Part shown: positions 1 to 9,209 of the stretch, one piece after another
Numbering within the stretch: the stretch's first letter is position 1
Layout: each line of letters opens with the position of its first letter
Origin: a virus
Lineage: Duplodnaviria; Caudoviricetes
IMG/VR virus record: IMGVR_UViG_3300032236_001596
Coordinates: 1-62,522 of that record
DNA length: 62,522 nucleotides
Direction: 5' to 3' (one strand)
The notes under the pieces: generated by a model
What the model was told of the DNA's origin: nothing
The model's database searches: none
The model's input: the letters and a program-made list of their open reading frames with translations, nothing else
Made by a program: the position numbers and the translations under genes

Positions 1-45
1 ATCACGATAGGGATGTTCCTCGAAAGAGTGCAAGAAGGTTTTTAT

Positions 46-120
46 GGAGTCTATAGTTTAATGGTAAAATCGGGGATTGTGGTTCCCTTGTTACGAGTTC
101 GATTCTCGTTAGACTCCCCA
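46..120 (+). tRNA. trnH: tRNA-His(GTG)
   Basis: Cloverleaf with acceptor GAGTCTA/TAGACTC, G-1, discriminator C and encoded CCA; anticodon loop TT-GTG-GT; T-loop GTTCGA. Confidence 0.93.
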
Positions 121-196
121 AGTAAGGAAGTAGGTTGCAAGACGTTGTGCCGTGTTTTGTTGCCGAAATTAAGTCCTTATGATAACGGTGCGTTTT

Positions 197-284
197 GGAA
201 GGGTAAGCATAATGGTACTGCGCCGGTTTGCTAAACCGTTCGTCGACGAAAGTTGGCGTGTGGGTTCGAGTCCCATCTCTTCCG
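197..284 (+). tRNA. trnS: tRNA-Ser(GCT)
   Basis: Acceptor GGAAGGG/CTCTTCC; anticodon loop TT-GCT-AA; long variable arm; GGTTCGAGTCCC T-arm. Confidence 0.9.
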
Positions 285-289
285 CGATT

Positions 290-363
290 GGTTCTATAGC
301 TCAATTGGATAGAGCATCAGATTTCTAATCTGAGGGTTACAAGTTCGAACCTTGTTAGAATCA
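290..363 (+). tRNA. trnR: tRNA-Arg(TCT)
   Basis: TAGCTCAATTGGATAGAGCA D-arm; anticodon arm TCAGA-TT-TCT-AA-TCTGA; GTTCGAA T-loop. Confidence 0.93.
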
Positions 364-374
364 CTTAATTATAT

Positions 375-455
375 GCTCTGGTGGCGAAATGGCAGACGCG
401 CTGGTCTTAGGAACCAGTGGAGAAATCCATGCGGGTTCGAGTCCCGCCTAGAGCA
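375..455 (+). tRNA. trnL: tRNA-Leu(TAG)
   Basis: GTGGCGAAATGGCAGACGC D-arm; anticodon arm CTGGT-CT-TAG-GA-ACCAG; variable arm; GCGGGTTCGAGTCCCGC T-arm. Confidence 0.93.
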
Positions 456-460
456 CTTTT

Positions 461-533
461 GCCCTTGTAGGCTAATTGGATAAACCTTGTGACTACGGAT
501 CATAGATTACCTGTTCAAATCAGGTCGGGGGTA
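461..533 (+). tRNA. trnR: tRNA-Arg(ACG)
   Basis: Anticodon arm TGTGA-CT-ACG-GA-TCATA; ACCTG-TTCAAAT-CAGGT T-arm; acceptor GCCCTTG/CGGGGGT. Confidence 0.88.
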
Positions 534-538
534 CTATT

Positions 539-611
539 GGACAAATGGTCGAGTGGATATAGGCAAAGCTCTGCAAAAGCTTTTACGTTGGTTCAAATCC
601 AACTTTGTCCT
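539..611 (+). tRNA. trnC: tRNA-Cys(GCA)
   Basis: Acceptor GGACAAA/TTTGTCC with discriminator T; anticodon arm AAGCT-CT-GCA-AA-AGCTT; GTTGGTTCAAATCCAAC T-arm. Confidence 0.92.
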
Positions 612-642
612 CAATTTATATTTATAATCAAAAATTAAGATC

Positions 643-1098
643 ATGAAATTACAATTCAAAAGTTTAACAAACAGAAAAGATATTGATCTTATATCATATG
701 TTTCTGAGTATCTAATTACTAATCCAAATGTTGATATATATGTGGGGTGTGATTCTCAAGTACATGGATTTTATACTGACTACGGTATAGTAGTAGTACT
801 ACATAAAGGAAAATCTGGCGGACACGTTTTATATGCTACTACTCAACATAAGAGTACTAATGAAACTTTTAGCAGATTATGGAAAGAAGTAGAATATTCT
901 CTTAGTGTTGCTGATTTCTTAAAAGAATCTAATATAAATATAAAATACATAGACCTAGATCTCAACCCAGATCCTAGATGGGGGTCTAATAATGTTTTAA
1001 GAGCTGCAATGGGATATGTAGATTCTATGGGGTATTCTCCTAGATGTAAACCTTACGCTATTGCTGCTTCATATGCCGCTGATAAAATATGTAAGTAA
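643..1098 (+). CDS. RNase H-like YkuK-family (DUF458-like) protein
   Basis: IYVGCDSQ, RLWKEVEYS, IDLDLN and AASYAAD motifs typical of the family. Confidence 0.75.
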   Translation: MKLQFKSLTNRKDIDLISYVSEYLITNPNVDIYVGCDSQVHGFYTDYGIVVVLHKGKSGGHVLYATTQHKSTNETFSRLWKEVEYSLSVADFLKESNINIKYIDLDLNPDPRWGSNNVLRAAMGYVDSMGYSPRCKPYAIAASYAADKICK

Positions 1099-1114
1099 TT
1101 TTCTTTCAAAATTA

Positions 1115-1144
1115 TTTGGCTATCTCATTTTCTTTAATTATATT
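1115..1144 (+). promoter_or_regulatory. sigma70-type early promoter (TTGGCT-N17-TATATT)
   Basis: One of seven TTGGNN-N16/17-TATAWT-like elements in intergenic gaps. Confidence 0.6.
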
Positions 1145-1166
1145 ACTCTTAAATTAAAATAATATT

Positions 1167-1343
1167 ATGGAACAAAATGTCACAGACAAAGTAAATCTTA
1201 TCATAGACCTGAAAAATGACCTTTCAGATATTTGGCAGTACCACCCTGATAACCCAGAACAAATTGATGTCAGAGTTAAAGTACAAGAATTACAAGTAAA
1301 AATTAAAGAATTAGAAGAACAATTAAAACAAGAAGAAATATGA
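1167..1343 (+). CDS. hypothetical protein, 58 aa (MEQNVTDKV...EEI), not in ORF track
   Basis: ATG just after the promoter; open frame; stop overlaps the next ATG (ATGA). Confidence 0.7.
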   Translation: MEQNVTDKVNLIIDLKNDLSDIWQYHPDNPEQIDVRVKVQELQVKIKELEEQLKQEEI

Positions 1344-1651
1344 ATACCAAAGAATCATCATTAAACCTATTAAGAACCAGAGTAAGCACTTCAATAAAAA
1401 AATTGCAAACTTTAGAAGTATTCCAAGATGTAACATCATTTATTAATGAAAATTTCCCTGAGTTTTCATATACTAGAAGATATTCTCATGTGGGTCCTAG
1501 AACACAGCGTACTAAATTTTTTAATACTAAAGTATCAAGTAATAAACTTAATACTATTAAGAAAGATGTAGAAAGACATTATCCTTATATTTCAGTTAAA
1601 AGGATTAATAAGGATGGATTAACATCTTTAGTATTATCTTTAGATCTTTGA
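1340..1651 (+). CDS. hypothetical protein
   Basis: ORF coupled to the upstream gene. Confidence 0.6.
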   Translation: MNTKESSLNLLRTRVSTSIKKLQTLEVFQDVTSFINENFPEFSYTRRYSHVGPRTQRTKFFNTKVSSNKLNTIKKDVERHYPYISVKRINKDGLTSLVLSLDL

Positions 1652-1680
1652 TATAACAGCCTACCTTTATACTATGAAAC

Positions 1681-1724
1681 CTCTAAATCCTTTAGAGATA
1701 GCCCCTAAATTCTTAGGGGCTTTT
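1681..1724 (+). terminator. double hairpin / intrinsic terminator
   Basis: CTCTAAA-tcc-TTTAGAG followed by AGCCCCTAA-attc-TTAGGGGCT-TTT. Confidence 0.7.
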
Positions 1725-1739
1725 CATATATATAATAAT

Positions 1740-2174
1740 ATGATAGATCCTAATAAAATATTTTCTATATTTGATTCATCTGAAAATGATGACTCTGAAA
1801 AAAAATCAGAAACCCTATATGATTATACTGAACATCCTTTATATTATTTAGGTATGTTTAAGAAAATAATTATGAACGATGGTACATCTGATGAACAAGT
1901 TTTAAAGAAACTAAGCAAAATTGATAAAACATTAGGAGCTAATGAATTAAAAAAAGCAGGAGAACATTTTACCTATTTCAGAGCATATTATTTCATAGAT
2001 AAAATAGATTTAAGTTTTGATCCTCATTGTGATGCTTTAAAAGTATATTATGATGTAGATTTAAAGAAAGCTTTAAAATCTAGTTTAAAATATTTTGAGA
2101 ATATTGAAGAATATGAAAAATGCGCCCATTTAAAAAATATATTAGATTATTCTGAAAAGAATTTGGAAATATAA
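1740..2174 (+). CDS. hypothetical protein with C-terminal UVR-motif-like helix (start corrected from 1674)
   Basis: The track start lies upstream of a terminator; in-frame ATG at 1740; C-terminal YFENIEEYEKCAHLK. Confidence 0.6.
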   Translation: MIDPNKIFSIFDSSENDDSEKKSETLYDYTEHPLYYLGMFKKIIMNDGTSDEQVLKKLSKIDKTLGANELKKAGEHFTYFRAYYFIDKIDLSFDPHCDALKVYYDVDLKKALKSSLKYFENIEEYEKCAHLKNILDYSEKNLEI

Positions 2175-2191
2175 AAATAAATTATTATCAT
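2162..2191 (+). promoter_or_regulatory. sigma70-type early promoter (TTGGAA-N17-TATCAT)
   Basis: Same architecture as the other early promoters. Confidence 0.55.
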
Positions 2192-2207
2192 ATAAAAAAA
2201 TTAAAAA

Positions 2208-2411
2208 ATGAAAAACAGAGAAGCAATATTCCGTAGAATAGAACAAATTGAGGGTAAACTCAAAAATCTAAATTTTATGTGTACACGTAATACTAACGTG
2301 AATGATTTTACAAAAGAAATATCAAATGTTGAAGAAATTTTAGCTGACTTAAAATCAATGGTTGAACGTGAACCTATGGGAACTAACGAAATCAATTATA
2401 TACCAAGATAA
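2208..2411 (+). CDS. small coiled-coil hypothetical protein
   Basis: ORF after the promoter with an A-rich start context. Confidence 0.65.
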   Translation: MKNREAIFRRIEQIEGKLKNLNFMCTRNTNVNDFTKEISNVEEILADLKSMVEREPMGTNEINYIPR

Positions 2412-2428
2412 AAAACAAAAAATAAGTT

Positions 2429-3184
2429 ATGGAACTATCAGCTAATGATATACAAAATAATTGGGATAAGATATTAGATATAATAGCTATCTTCCCTGAG
2501 CCTCGAAAAGAAGCACTTAGAAAACTTTATACTAAATTTCAAGAGAGAATAATGTTTTCACCTGCTAGCTATAAAAAAGAGTATCATAATGCTTTTCCTG
2601 GTGGGTATGCTGATCATATTATTCGTGTTACACAATGCGCCTCAGAACTACATAAAGTATGGGAACAAATGGGTGTAGATACATCTACTTATACTTATGA
2701 AGAACTTATCTTTTCAGCTTTGAACCATGATATAGGTAAGTTAGGAGATGATGAACATGAATCTTATATACCTCAGACTGACACTTGGAGAAAAGATAAA
2801 TTAGGTGAAGATTATATGTTTAATAATAAACTTGCCTTCGCTTCAGTACCTGATAGAGGATTATATCTATTACAACTCAATGATGTTAAATATAGCTTTA
2901 ATGAGATGGTAGCTATTCAAACACATGATGGTCTATATGATGAAAGTAACAAAAAATATTTGACCGGATTTTCACCTGAACAAAAACCTCGCACAGCACT
3001 CCCATATATAATCCATCAAGCTGACATAATGGCTACTAGAATAGAATTTGAAAAAGAATGGTTAGGTAAAGTAGGTGAAACCAAAAAGCCAGAAATCAAG
3101 AAAACAATACCAGCCCAAAATAAAACAAAAGCATTAAGTACTATTAAGAGCCCGGGATTACAAAATATGTTAAACAATTTATAA
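2429..3184 (+). CDS. HD-domain metal-dependent phosphohydrolase
   Basis: YHNAFPGGYADH, LNHDIGK, HDG and HQAD motifs. Confidence 0.85.
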   Translation: MELSANDIQNNWDKILDIIAIFPEPRKEALRKLYTKFQERIMFSPASYKKEYHNAFPGGYADHIIRVTQCASELHKVWEQMGVDTSTYTYEELIFSALNHDIGKLGDDEHESYIPQTDTWRKDKLGEDYMFNNKLAFASVPDRGLYLLQLNDVKYSFNEMVAIQTHDGLYDESNKKYLTGFSPEQKPRTALPYIIHQADIMATRIEFEKEWLGKVGETKKPEIKKTIPAQNKTKALSTIKSPGLQNMLNNL

Positions 3185-3185
3185 T

Positions 3186-3476
3186 ATGAATATATTTGCA
3201 ATAATAGCGATGATCCTATTTATTTTAGTATGTGTTTTTGGATACATTATTTTTAATCTTATGCGAAAACAAGAAGTAGCTGAAGATTTAGTGATAGGAT
3301 ATAATGAATACCTAGATAAATTATCTCGTGTAATAGAATTATCTGATATAAAAATAAAGCAGATTGATGCTCAAGGAACATTTAAAAGTGATGATGAGAT
3401 TGGTTTTTTCTTTGAACAGATTAAAAAAATCCAAGATATTCTTAATGAATTCAACTTAAAAAAACTAAATGGATAA
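3186..3476 (+). CDS. single-pass membrane protein
   Basis: N-terminal hydrophobic helix followed by a coiled coil. Confidence 0.65.
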   Translation: MNIFAIIAMILFILVCVFGYIIFNLMRKQEVAEDLVIGYNEYLDKLSRVIELSDIKIKQIDAQGTFKSDDEIGFFFEQIKKIQDILNEFNLKKLNG

Positions 3477-4254
3477 TATCATAAGAAGACATCAGTCTCT
3501 TTCGCTTGAAAAAAATTATTTCACTAAAGAAACTGAAAACGCAATTGTTTTATATAATACAACCACAGATTCTTTAGAAAAAAGCAAAATATATGAAACA
3601 TATATTCACTGGCCTTTTTTTAAATTGACTGAAAATATAATTCATACTTTTAAATTTTACTATACTGAAGTAGATGACTTAACCCATTTACAACATGAAT
3701 TAATAATATTTTTATTAGATAGAATTCATCTATTTGATCCTTCTAGAGGAACCAAAGCATATTCTTATTTTGGAACAGCTATAAAACGCAAATTAATATT
3801 AGATAATAAGAAAAACTATAAGAATAAAATAAAATACATTCCTATTGAAGGAATAATAAAACAATCAGATTCAGATTCTATAGATAAAGAAGATAAAAAT
3901 AAAAATGTAATATTAGAAGAAGAAATCGAATATATAGATATATTAGAAGATGTTGATCCTAAAGACCATTTGTCTATTTTTATGGATGATTATATATTTC
4001 ATTGTACTGAAAATTTGAACATTCTTTTTCCTAAAAACAATGATGCTAAAATAGCTGACTGTATATTAGAATTATTTAGAAGACGCAAACAAATAGATAT
4101 TTTTAATAAAAAAGCGCTTTATATATACATTAGGGAAATGATGGATGATGTAAAGACTCCAAAAATTACAAGAATAGCCAACCAACTACATAAAATATTT
4201 AAAGAAAGATATTCTGTATATATAGAAAATAAGCATTCTCTCATAAAAAGTTAA
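3469..4254 (+). CDS. gp55: late-transcription sigma factor, T4 gp55-like
   Basis: NYFT...LTENII...FDPSRGTKAYSYFGTAIKR resembles the gp55 region-2 motif (FDPEK..FAYFT). Confidence 0.6.
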   Translation: MDNIIRRHQSLSLEKNYFTKETENAIVLYNTTTDSLEKSKIYETYIHWPFFKLTENIIHTFKFYYTEVDDLTHLQHELIIFLLDRIHLFDPSRGTKAYSYFGTAIKRKLILDNKKNYKNKIKYIPIEGIIKQSDSDSIDKEDKNKNVILEEEIEYIDILEDVDPKDHLSIFMDDYIFHCTENLNILFPKNNDAKIADCILELFRRRKQIDIFNKKALYIYIREMMDDVKTPKITRIANQLHKIFKERYSVYIENKHSLIKS

Positions 4255-4263
4255 TACTTTAAT

Positions 4264-4271
4264 ATATTTAT
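4264..4271 (+). promoter_or_regulatory. putative late promoter ATATTTAT (representative of ~20 sites)
   Basis: Motif recurs in intergenic gaps just upstream of virion and cargo genes; see findings. Confidence 0.6.
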
Positions 4272-4284
4272 CGCAAAAAGTATT

Positions 4285-4620
4285 ATGAGTGCATTAAATA
4301 CAGTAATATTTAAGAATAAAAAATTTTCTGATATCTTAGAAGAAATATACACCAATCAGAAAAAACAAAAAGATCAAATCACTGTTCTTATAAATGAACT
4401 TAAGCCATTAATTAATGAAATAGGTGATGCCACTCTTATAGTTCCTTTAATAAAGGAATATATGGAAATAGGAGTTAAAAATGATGAACAACTTATCAAA
4501 ATGGCTACAATTATCCAACGTGTTGTTCAAAATCAAAGTACTGGAGATAGTTTAAGTATATCAGATGCTGAAAAAGATCAAATTTTAGCAGAGATTAATA
4601 AAATAAAAAAAGATGGCTAG
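4285..4620 (+). CDS. hypothetical helical protein
   Basis: ORF after the ATATTTAT motif. Confidence 0.65.
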   Translation: MSALNTVIFKNKKFSDILEEIYTNQKKQKDQITVLINELKPLINEIGDATLIVPLIKEYMEIGVKNDEQLIKMATIIQRVVQNQSTGDSLSISDAEKDQILAEINKIKKDG

Positions 4621-5845
4621 GATAGTATCAGGACTAGACTCAATAACCCAAAACAGACAAGATCCGTCCTCTGAAGGAGGGATATTTGCTGCTAGGGTAA
4701 AATTTGTTATTTTAGATGATAAAACTGAACCAAAAGTATTTAAAGCTTTTGGTGAGTGGTCTTCTATTGGTTCTTTATTTTTTTCTTCTATAAATAATCC
4801 TAATCCGTCTCCTAATTTTGTTTCTGATTATTTTGCTAAACCTTTATTTCCTAATAATAAAACGTTTCCTTTAAAAAATGAAATCGTTTATATATTAGCA
4901 CTGCCAAATAGTGATATCCAATCAGATGTCAATAACATGACATACTACTACTTTCAGCCTGTAAACATATGGAATAGTGTTCATCACAATGCTGTTCCTG
5001 ATCCTATAAATACCAATACTCTTCCCCCATCTCAACAACAAGATTATCAACAAACCTCCGCAGGATCTGTAAGAAGAGTTACAGATGGAAGTACTGAAAT
5101 AGATCTAGGTAGTACTTTTAAAGAAAAAACTAATATAAAAAATATCCAACCGTTTGAGGGAGATATAATTTTAGAAGGCAGATGGGGACAAAGTTTTAGA
5201 TTTGGTAGTACTGTAACAAACAGTAAAATTATTAACCCTTGGTCTCGCTCAGGAAATAATGGGGATCCTATAATTATATTAAAAAATGGCCAATATGATG
5301 ATGGTACAGATCCTTGGATACCTCAGATAGAAGATATAAATAAAGATGGATCTAGCATATATCTAACTTCAACTCAAGCTATTCCTATTACTGTTGCGAG
5401 TAAAAACTATAACTCATATTCTACAGCGCCTACATCACCTGATAAATTTACCGGGAAACAAATAATCCTTAATTCAGGACGTCTATTACTTAATGCTATT
5501 GATGATTCAATATTATTAAGTGCAAACAAATCAATAAATTTAAATACTTTAGATTCAGTAACAATAGATGCTAAAAACAATTGTGTTATTGATTCTCCTA
5601 AAGTATTATTAGGTGATAAAAATGCAACTGAATCTGTGATTTTGGGAGATACATTTTTAGATAATTTTAAACAACTGTTAAGTAATCTAATAGATTTAAC
5701 AAACGATTTAACTACTGTAGGCACACCAGTACCATATTCTCCAAATACAGCTGTGGCTAGTTCTGCAGTAATATTACAAACTACAGCCCAATCAATGCTT
5801 AGTTCTATTGAATCTTTCAAATCTAAAACTAGTAAAACTATATAA
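4613..5845 (+). CDS. putative baseplate hub/spike protein (gp5-like OB-fold plus beta-repeat C-terminus)
   Basis: ARVKF..PLKNEIVYI N-terminus; EGDIILEGRWGQSFRFGS; beta-strand repeats near the C-terminus; lies upstream of gp25 and gp6. Confidence 0.5.
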   Translation: MARIVSGLDSITQNRQDPSSEGGIFAARVKFVILDDKTEPKVFKAFGEWSSIGSLFFSSINNPNPSPNFVSDYFAKPLFPNNKTFPLKNEIVYILALPNSDIQSDVNNMTYYYFQPVNIWNSVHHNAVPDPINTNTLPPSQQQDYQQTSAGSVRRVTDGSTEIDLGSTFKEKTNIKNIQPFEGDIILEGRWGQSFRFGSTVTNSKIINPWSRSGNNGDPIIILKNGQYDDGTDPWIPQIEDINKDGSSIYLTSTQAIPITVASKNYNSYSTAPTSPDKFTGKQIILNSGRLLLNAIDDSILLSANKSINLNTLDSVTIDAKNNCVIDSPKVLLGDKNATESVILGDTFLDNFKQLLSNLIDLTNDLTTVGTPVPYSPNTAVASSAVILQTTAQSMLSSIESFKSKTSKTI

Positions 5846-6519
5846 TGGCATTTGAATCATTAATAACGGGGGTTGTGACTAATGCGACAAAAGCTGTTGC
5901 TAAGTTGGGTATTTCTACCCAAACTTTATCAAAATTAGCAACTCAAAATATTGCCAAATTAAATGTTCCTACTCAAAACATACCTAATGTAGCAGGAAGT
6001 ATTAATAAAGTAACAGCCCCTACTCAAAATTTGACTCAAGAATTGCAAAAAATAAATGAGCAGAAAAAAAATATATCATTAGCTTTAAATCAAATAAAAA
6101 CAAGTCTTACAATACTACAAAAAATAGTAGATATTGTAAACGGATTAACTACAACTATCTCTGCAGCTATAGCTGTCATAAAAGCTATCCCCACACCAAC
6201 ATCTACACCTCCTGGAGTTGGTATACCATTAAATGTTATCACAACATTATCTGATACCCTAAACAAATTATCAGCAACTAACGATAAACTTAAGAACAAT
6301 ATATCTACTGTACCTGCATCTATATCTAAAGTAAATAAGTACATAGACAAAATAACAAGTGATTTACAAGATTTAGATACTAAAATAACATCAAGCATAG
6401 AAAAATATCTTAATACTTTATCAGAAGCTGAAAAAAAAGCATATCTTAGTAGTATATCTTCTAATCCTACACCTATAAATTCACAACCATCAAATCAAAA
6501 TAATACACCTAAGGTCTAA
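5845..6519 (+). CDS. helical baseplate-region protein
   Basis: Coiled coils flanking a PTPTSTPPGVGIP linker; position in the baseplate module. Confidence 0.5.
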   Translation: MAFESLITGVVTNATKAVAKLGISTQTLSKLATQNIAKLNVPTQNIPNVAGSINKVTAPTQNLTQELQKINEQKKNISLALNQIKTSLTILQKIVDIVNGLTTTISAAIAVIKAIPTPTSTPPGVGIPLNVITTLSDTLNKLSATNDKLKNNISTVPASISKVNKYIDKITSDLQDLDTKITSSIEKYLNTLSEAEKKAYLSSISSNPTPINSQPSNQNNTPKV

Positions 6520-6559
6520 AAAATATTAAAAAACTTATAAAAAACATATTTATAATAGT

Positions 6560-6907
6560 ATGAAACCAACAGAATTTAAAAAAATAATTAAAGATGCTGT
6601 AAAAGAAGCATTTCAAGAAGAGTTAAAAGACATCTTATTAGAAGCTGTTAGATCTCCTAAATCTTCTATCAGTGAAGCTAGATTCATAGAACAACCACTT
6701 CAAAGAACAAGTCCTAAAATAGATCCTACTGAACTAAGATCTTCATATGCTCAAATATTGAATGAAACCTCAGAAAATATGTCTTTTTCTTCACAAAATT
6801 CTCCAGCTATTCCATACAGACCCGCTGCTGTAGATATGGTGAATGGTGCTCTTCCTCCAGGAGATGTATCTATAGACCAAATAGCTGGATTGTTAACTAA
6901 AAGATAA
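6560..6907 (+). CDS. hypothetical protein with N-terminal FKKIIKDAVKE...LLE tag
   Basis: ORF after ATATTTAT; shares the N-terminal tag. Confidence 0.6.
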   Translation: MKPTEFKKIIKDAVKEAFQEELKDILLEAVRSPKSSISEARFIEQPLQRTSPKIDPTELRSSYAQILNETSENMSFSSQNSPAIPYRPAAVDMVNGALPPGDVSIDQIAGLLTKR

Positions 6908-6914
6908 TATATAA

Positions 6915-7325
6915 ATGGCACAAATAATACAAAAACAGTTTCCTATTGACTTTCAAACTAATCGTAAAGCTGTAGGATTTGGTTTTCCTTTAAATGGTAA
7001 TGCTGTTTTTGTGCCTACTTATCAAACCAAAGATCAAATAAAAGCCAATTTATTAAATTATTTATTAACCAACAATGGTGAAAGAGTATTTAATCCTGGT
7101 TTTGGTGCTGATTTAAGAAATTTAGTGTTTAGTAATATTACTGATGAAAATATAAGTGATATCCAAACTAGAATTCAATCTGATATAGCTCAATACTTTC
7201 CATTAGTAGTAATAAAAAGTATTAAATTCAATAGTATTCCTGATCAAAATACTATAAGTTTTGTATTGGATTATTATATATCTAATTATAACATTAATGA
7301 TCAACTAAACATATTATTACAATAA
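6915..7325 (+). CDS. gp25: baseplate wedge subunit, gp25-like
   Basis: IKANLLNYLLTNNGERVFNPGFGADL signature. Confidence 0.9.
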   Translation: MAQIIQKQFPIDFQTNRKAVGFGFPLNGNAVFVPTYQTKDQIKANLLNYLLTNNGERVFNPGFGADLRNLVFSNITDENISDIQTRIQSDIAQYFPLVVIKSIKFNSIPDQNTISFVLDYYISNYNINDQLNILLQ

Positions 7326-7326
7326 A

Positions 7327-9192
7327 ATGGCTACTAAACAAAGAAATATTAATTACATAGGTAAAGATTTTAATTCTTTTAGAAATAATCTAATTGAATA
7401 TGCTAAAACTTACTTCCCTAATACTTATAATGATTTTACTGATACATCTACAGGTATGATGTTTATTGAGATGGCTTCATATGTTGGTGATGTTCTATCT
7501 TTTTATCTAGATAATCAAATACAAGAAACATTTATACAATATGCTAGACAAACTGAAAATTTATATAGTTTAGCATATCTTTTAGGATACACACCTAAAG
7601 TAACTACAGCTGCTACTACTAACATAGATTTTTATCAACAACTTCCTGCCATAACTAGTGGTAGTACTGTAGTACCTGATTTTACATATGCTTTAAAAGT
7701 AGCAACAAATACTCAAATAACAACAAATAATAACAGTAATATACCTTTCTTAATACAAGATGCTATTGATTTTTCAACTAGTAGCTCTTTAGATCCTACT
7801 ACCATTTCAGTATACCAAATACAAGGAAATAAACCAACATATTATCTATTAAAGAAAACCAGAAAAGCAATATCAGCTACTATAAACAGTATATCTTTCA
7901 ATTTTGGATCACCAGTTAAATTCGATACTAGAAATATAAATGCTAGTAATATTATAGGAATATTAGATATTGTTGACTCTGATGGAAATGTATGGTATGA
8001 AGTATCTAATTTAGCCCAAGAAAGTGTATACAGCAATATAAAAAATACAAACACAAATGACCCTAATTTTTCAAATTATAGTCAAGATGCTCCATATCTG
8101 TTAAAGATAAACCAGGTACAAAGAAGATTTGCTACTCGTTTTCTTAATTCTACTACACTTCAATTACAATTTGGTGCTGGAAATACTGGAGATAATGATG
8201 AAGAAATAGTTCCTAATCCTGATAATGTGGGAATAGGATTACCATTTGAAAAAGATAAATTAACAACAGCTTTTTCTCCACTAAATTTTGTATTTACTAA
8301 CACATATGGAATAGCACCAAGTAATACTACTCTAACAGTTAGATACTTAACAGGAGGAACTGTATCTTCTAATGTTGCTTCAAATACATTAACTAATTTA
8401 AATACATCTGGAGTTTCATTTCTGAATTCTAATATAGCTAATAGCTCATTAGCTAATACAATATTCAATTCTATAGCGTGTAGTAATGCATATGCCGCTG
8501 ATGGGGGATCTGATGGAGATACTATAGATGAACTTAGACAAAACGCTTTAGGTAATTTCCAAAATCAATTAAGAACAGTAACAACCCAAGATTATCTTAT
8601 AAGAGCTTTATCTATGCCTTCTAATTTAGGAGTAGTAGCAAAAGCATTCGCTACTCCTTCCAGTATAAGTACTACTATTTCAGGAGAATCACCAGCCGTT
8701 ATAGATTTATATGTACTATCTTATGATGCTAATAAAAATTTGTCAATTGCTTCTAATGCCTTAAAACAAAACCTAAAAACATACTTATCAGAATATAGAA
8801 TGATAAATGATAGTATCAAGATTAAAGATGCTTATATAATAAATATAGGAATCAACTTTGATATTGTTGTTCTTCCTAACTATATTAATAATGAAGTATT
8901 AACTAAATGTATTAAAGCTTTAGTGGACCATTTCAATATTGACAAATGGCAAATAAATGAACCAATCATGTTGAATGATTTATATATATTATTAGATAAA
9001 ATAGATGGTGTACAAACCGTTAAAAATATTTCATTTGTAAATTTAACTGGATCTTCTTTAGGATATAGTGATTTTGCTTATGACGTGCAAGGTGCTAATA
9101 TAAATGGTGTGATTTATCCTAGTGTAGATCCTATGATATTTGAAATTAAATTTCCAACTCAAGATATTAAGGGACGTGTTTCTCCTTTATAA
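7327..9192 (+). CDS. gp6: baseplate wedge subunit, gp6-like
   Basis: DFNSFRNNLIEYAKTYFP...YVGDVLSFY; GGSDGDTIDELR; RTVTTQDY. Confidence 0.88.
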   Translation: MATKQRNINYIGKDFNSFRNNLIEYAKTYFPNTYNDFTDTSTGMMFIEMASYVGDVLSFYLDNQIQETFIQYARQTENLYSLAYLLGYTPKVTTAATTNIDFYQQLPAITSGSTVVPDFTYALKVATNTQITTNNNSNIPFLIQDAIDFSTSSSLDPTTISVYQIQGNKPTYYLLKKTRKAISATINSISFNFGSPVKFDTRNINASNIIGILDIVDSDGNVWYEVSNLAQESVYSNIKNTNTNDPNFSNYSQDAPYLLKINQVQRRFATRFLNSTTLQLQFGAGNTGDNDEEIVPNPDNVGIGLPFEKDKLTTAFSPLNFVFTNTYGIAPSNTTLTVRYLTGGTVSSNVASNTLTNLNTSGVSFLNSNIANSSLANTIFNSIACSNAYAADGGSDGDTIDELRQNALGNFQNQLRTVTTQDYLIRALSMPSNLGVVAKAFATPSSISTTISGESPAVIDLYVLSYDANKNLSIASNALKQNLKTYLSEYRMINDSIKIKDAYIINIGINFDIVVLPNYINNEVLTKCIKALVDHFNIDKWQINEPIMLNDLYILLDKIDGVQTVKNISFVNLTGSSLGYSDFAYDVQGANINGVIYPSVDPMIFEIKFPTQDIKGRVSPL

Positions 9193-9209
9193 TAAAAACA
9201 AAATAAAAA

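Noticed and set aside
2-304. ORFs 2..304 (-) and 13..234 (+)
   Set aside because: They overlap well-formed tRNA genes and are spurious
1674-1739. N-terminal extension of the 1674 ORF
   Set aside because: It spans two hairpins and a terminator; ATG 1740 is more plausible
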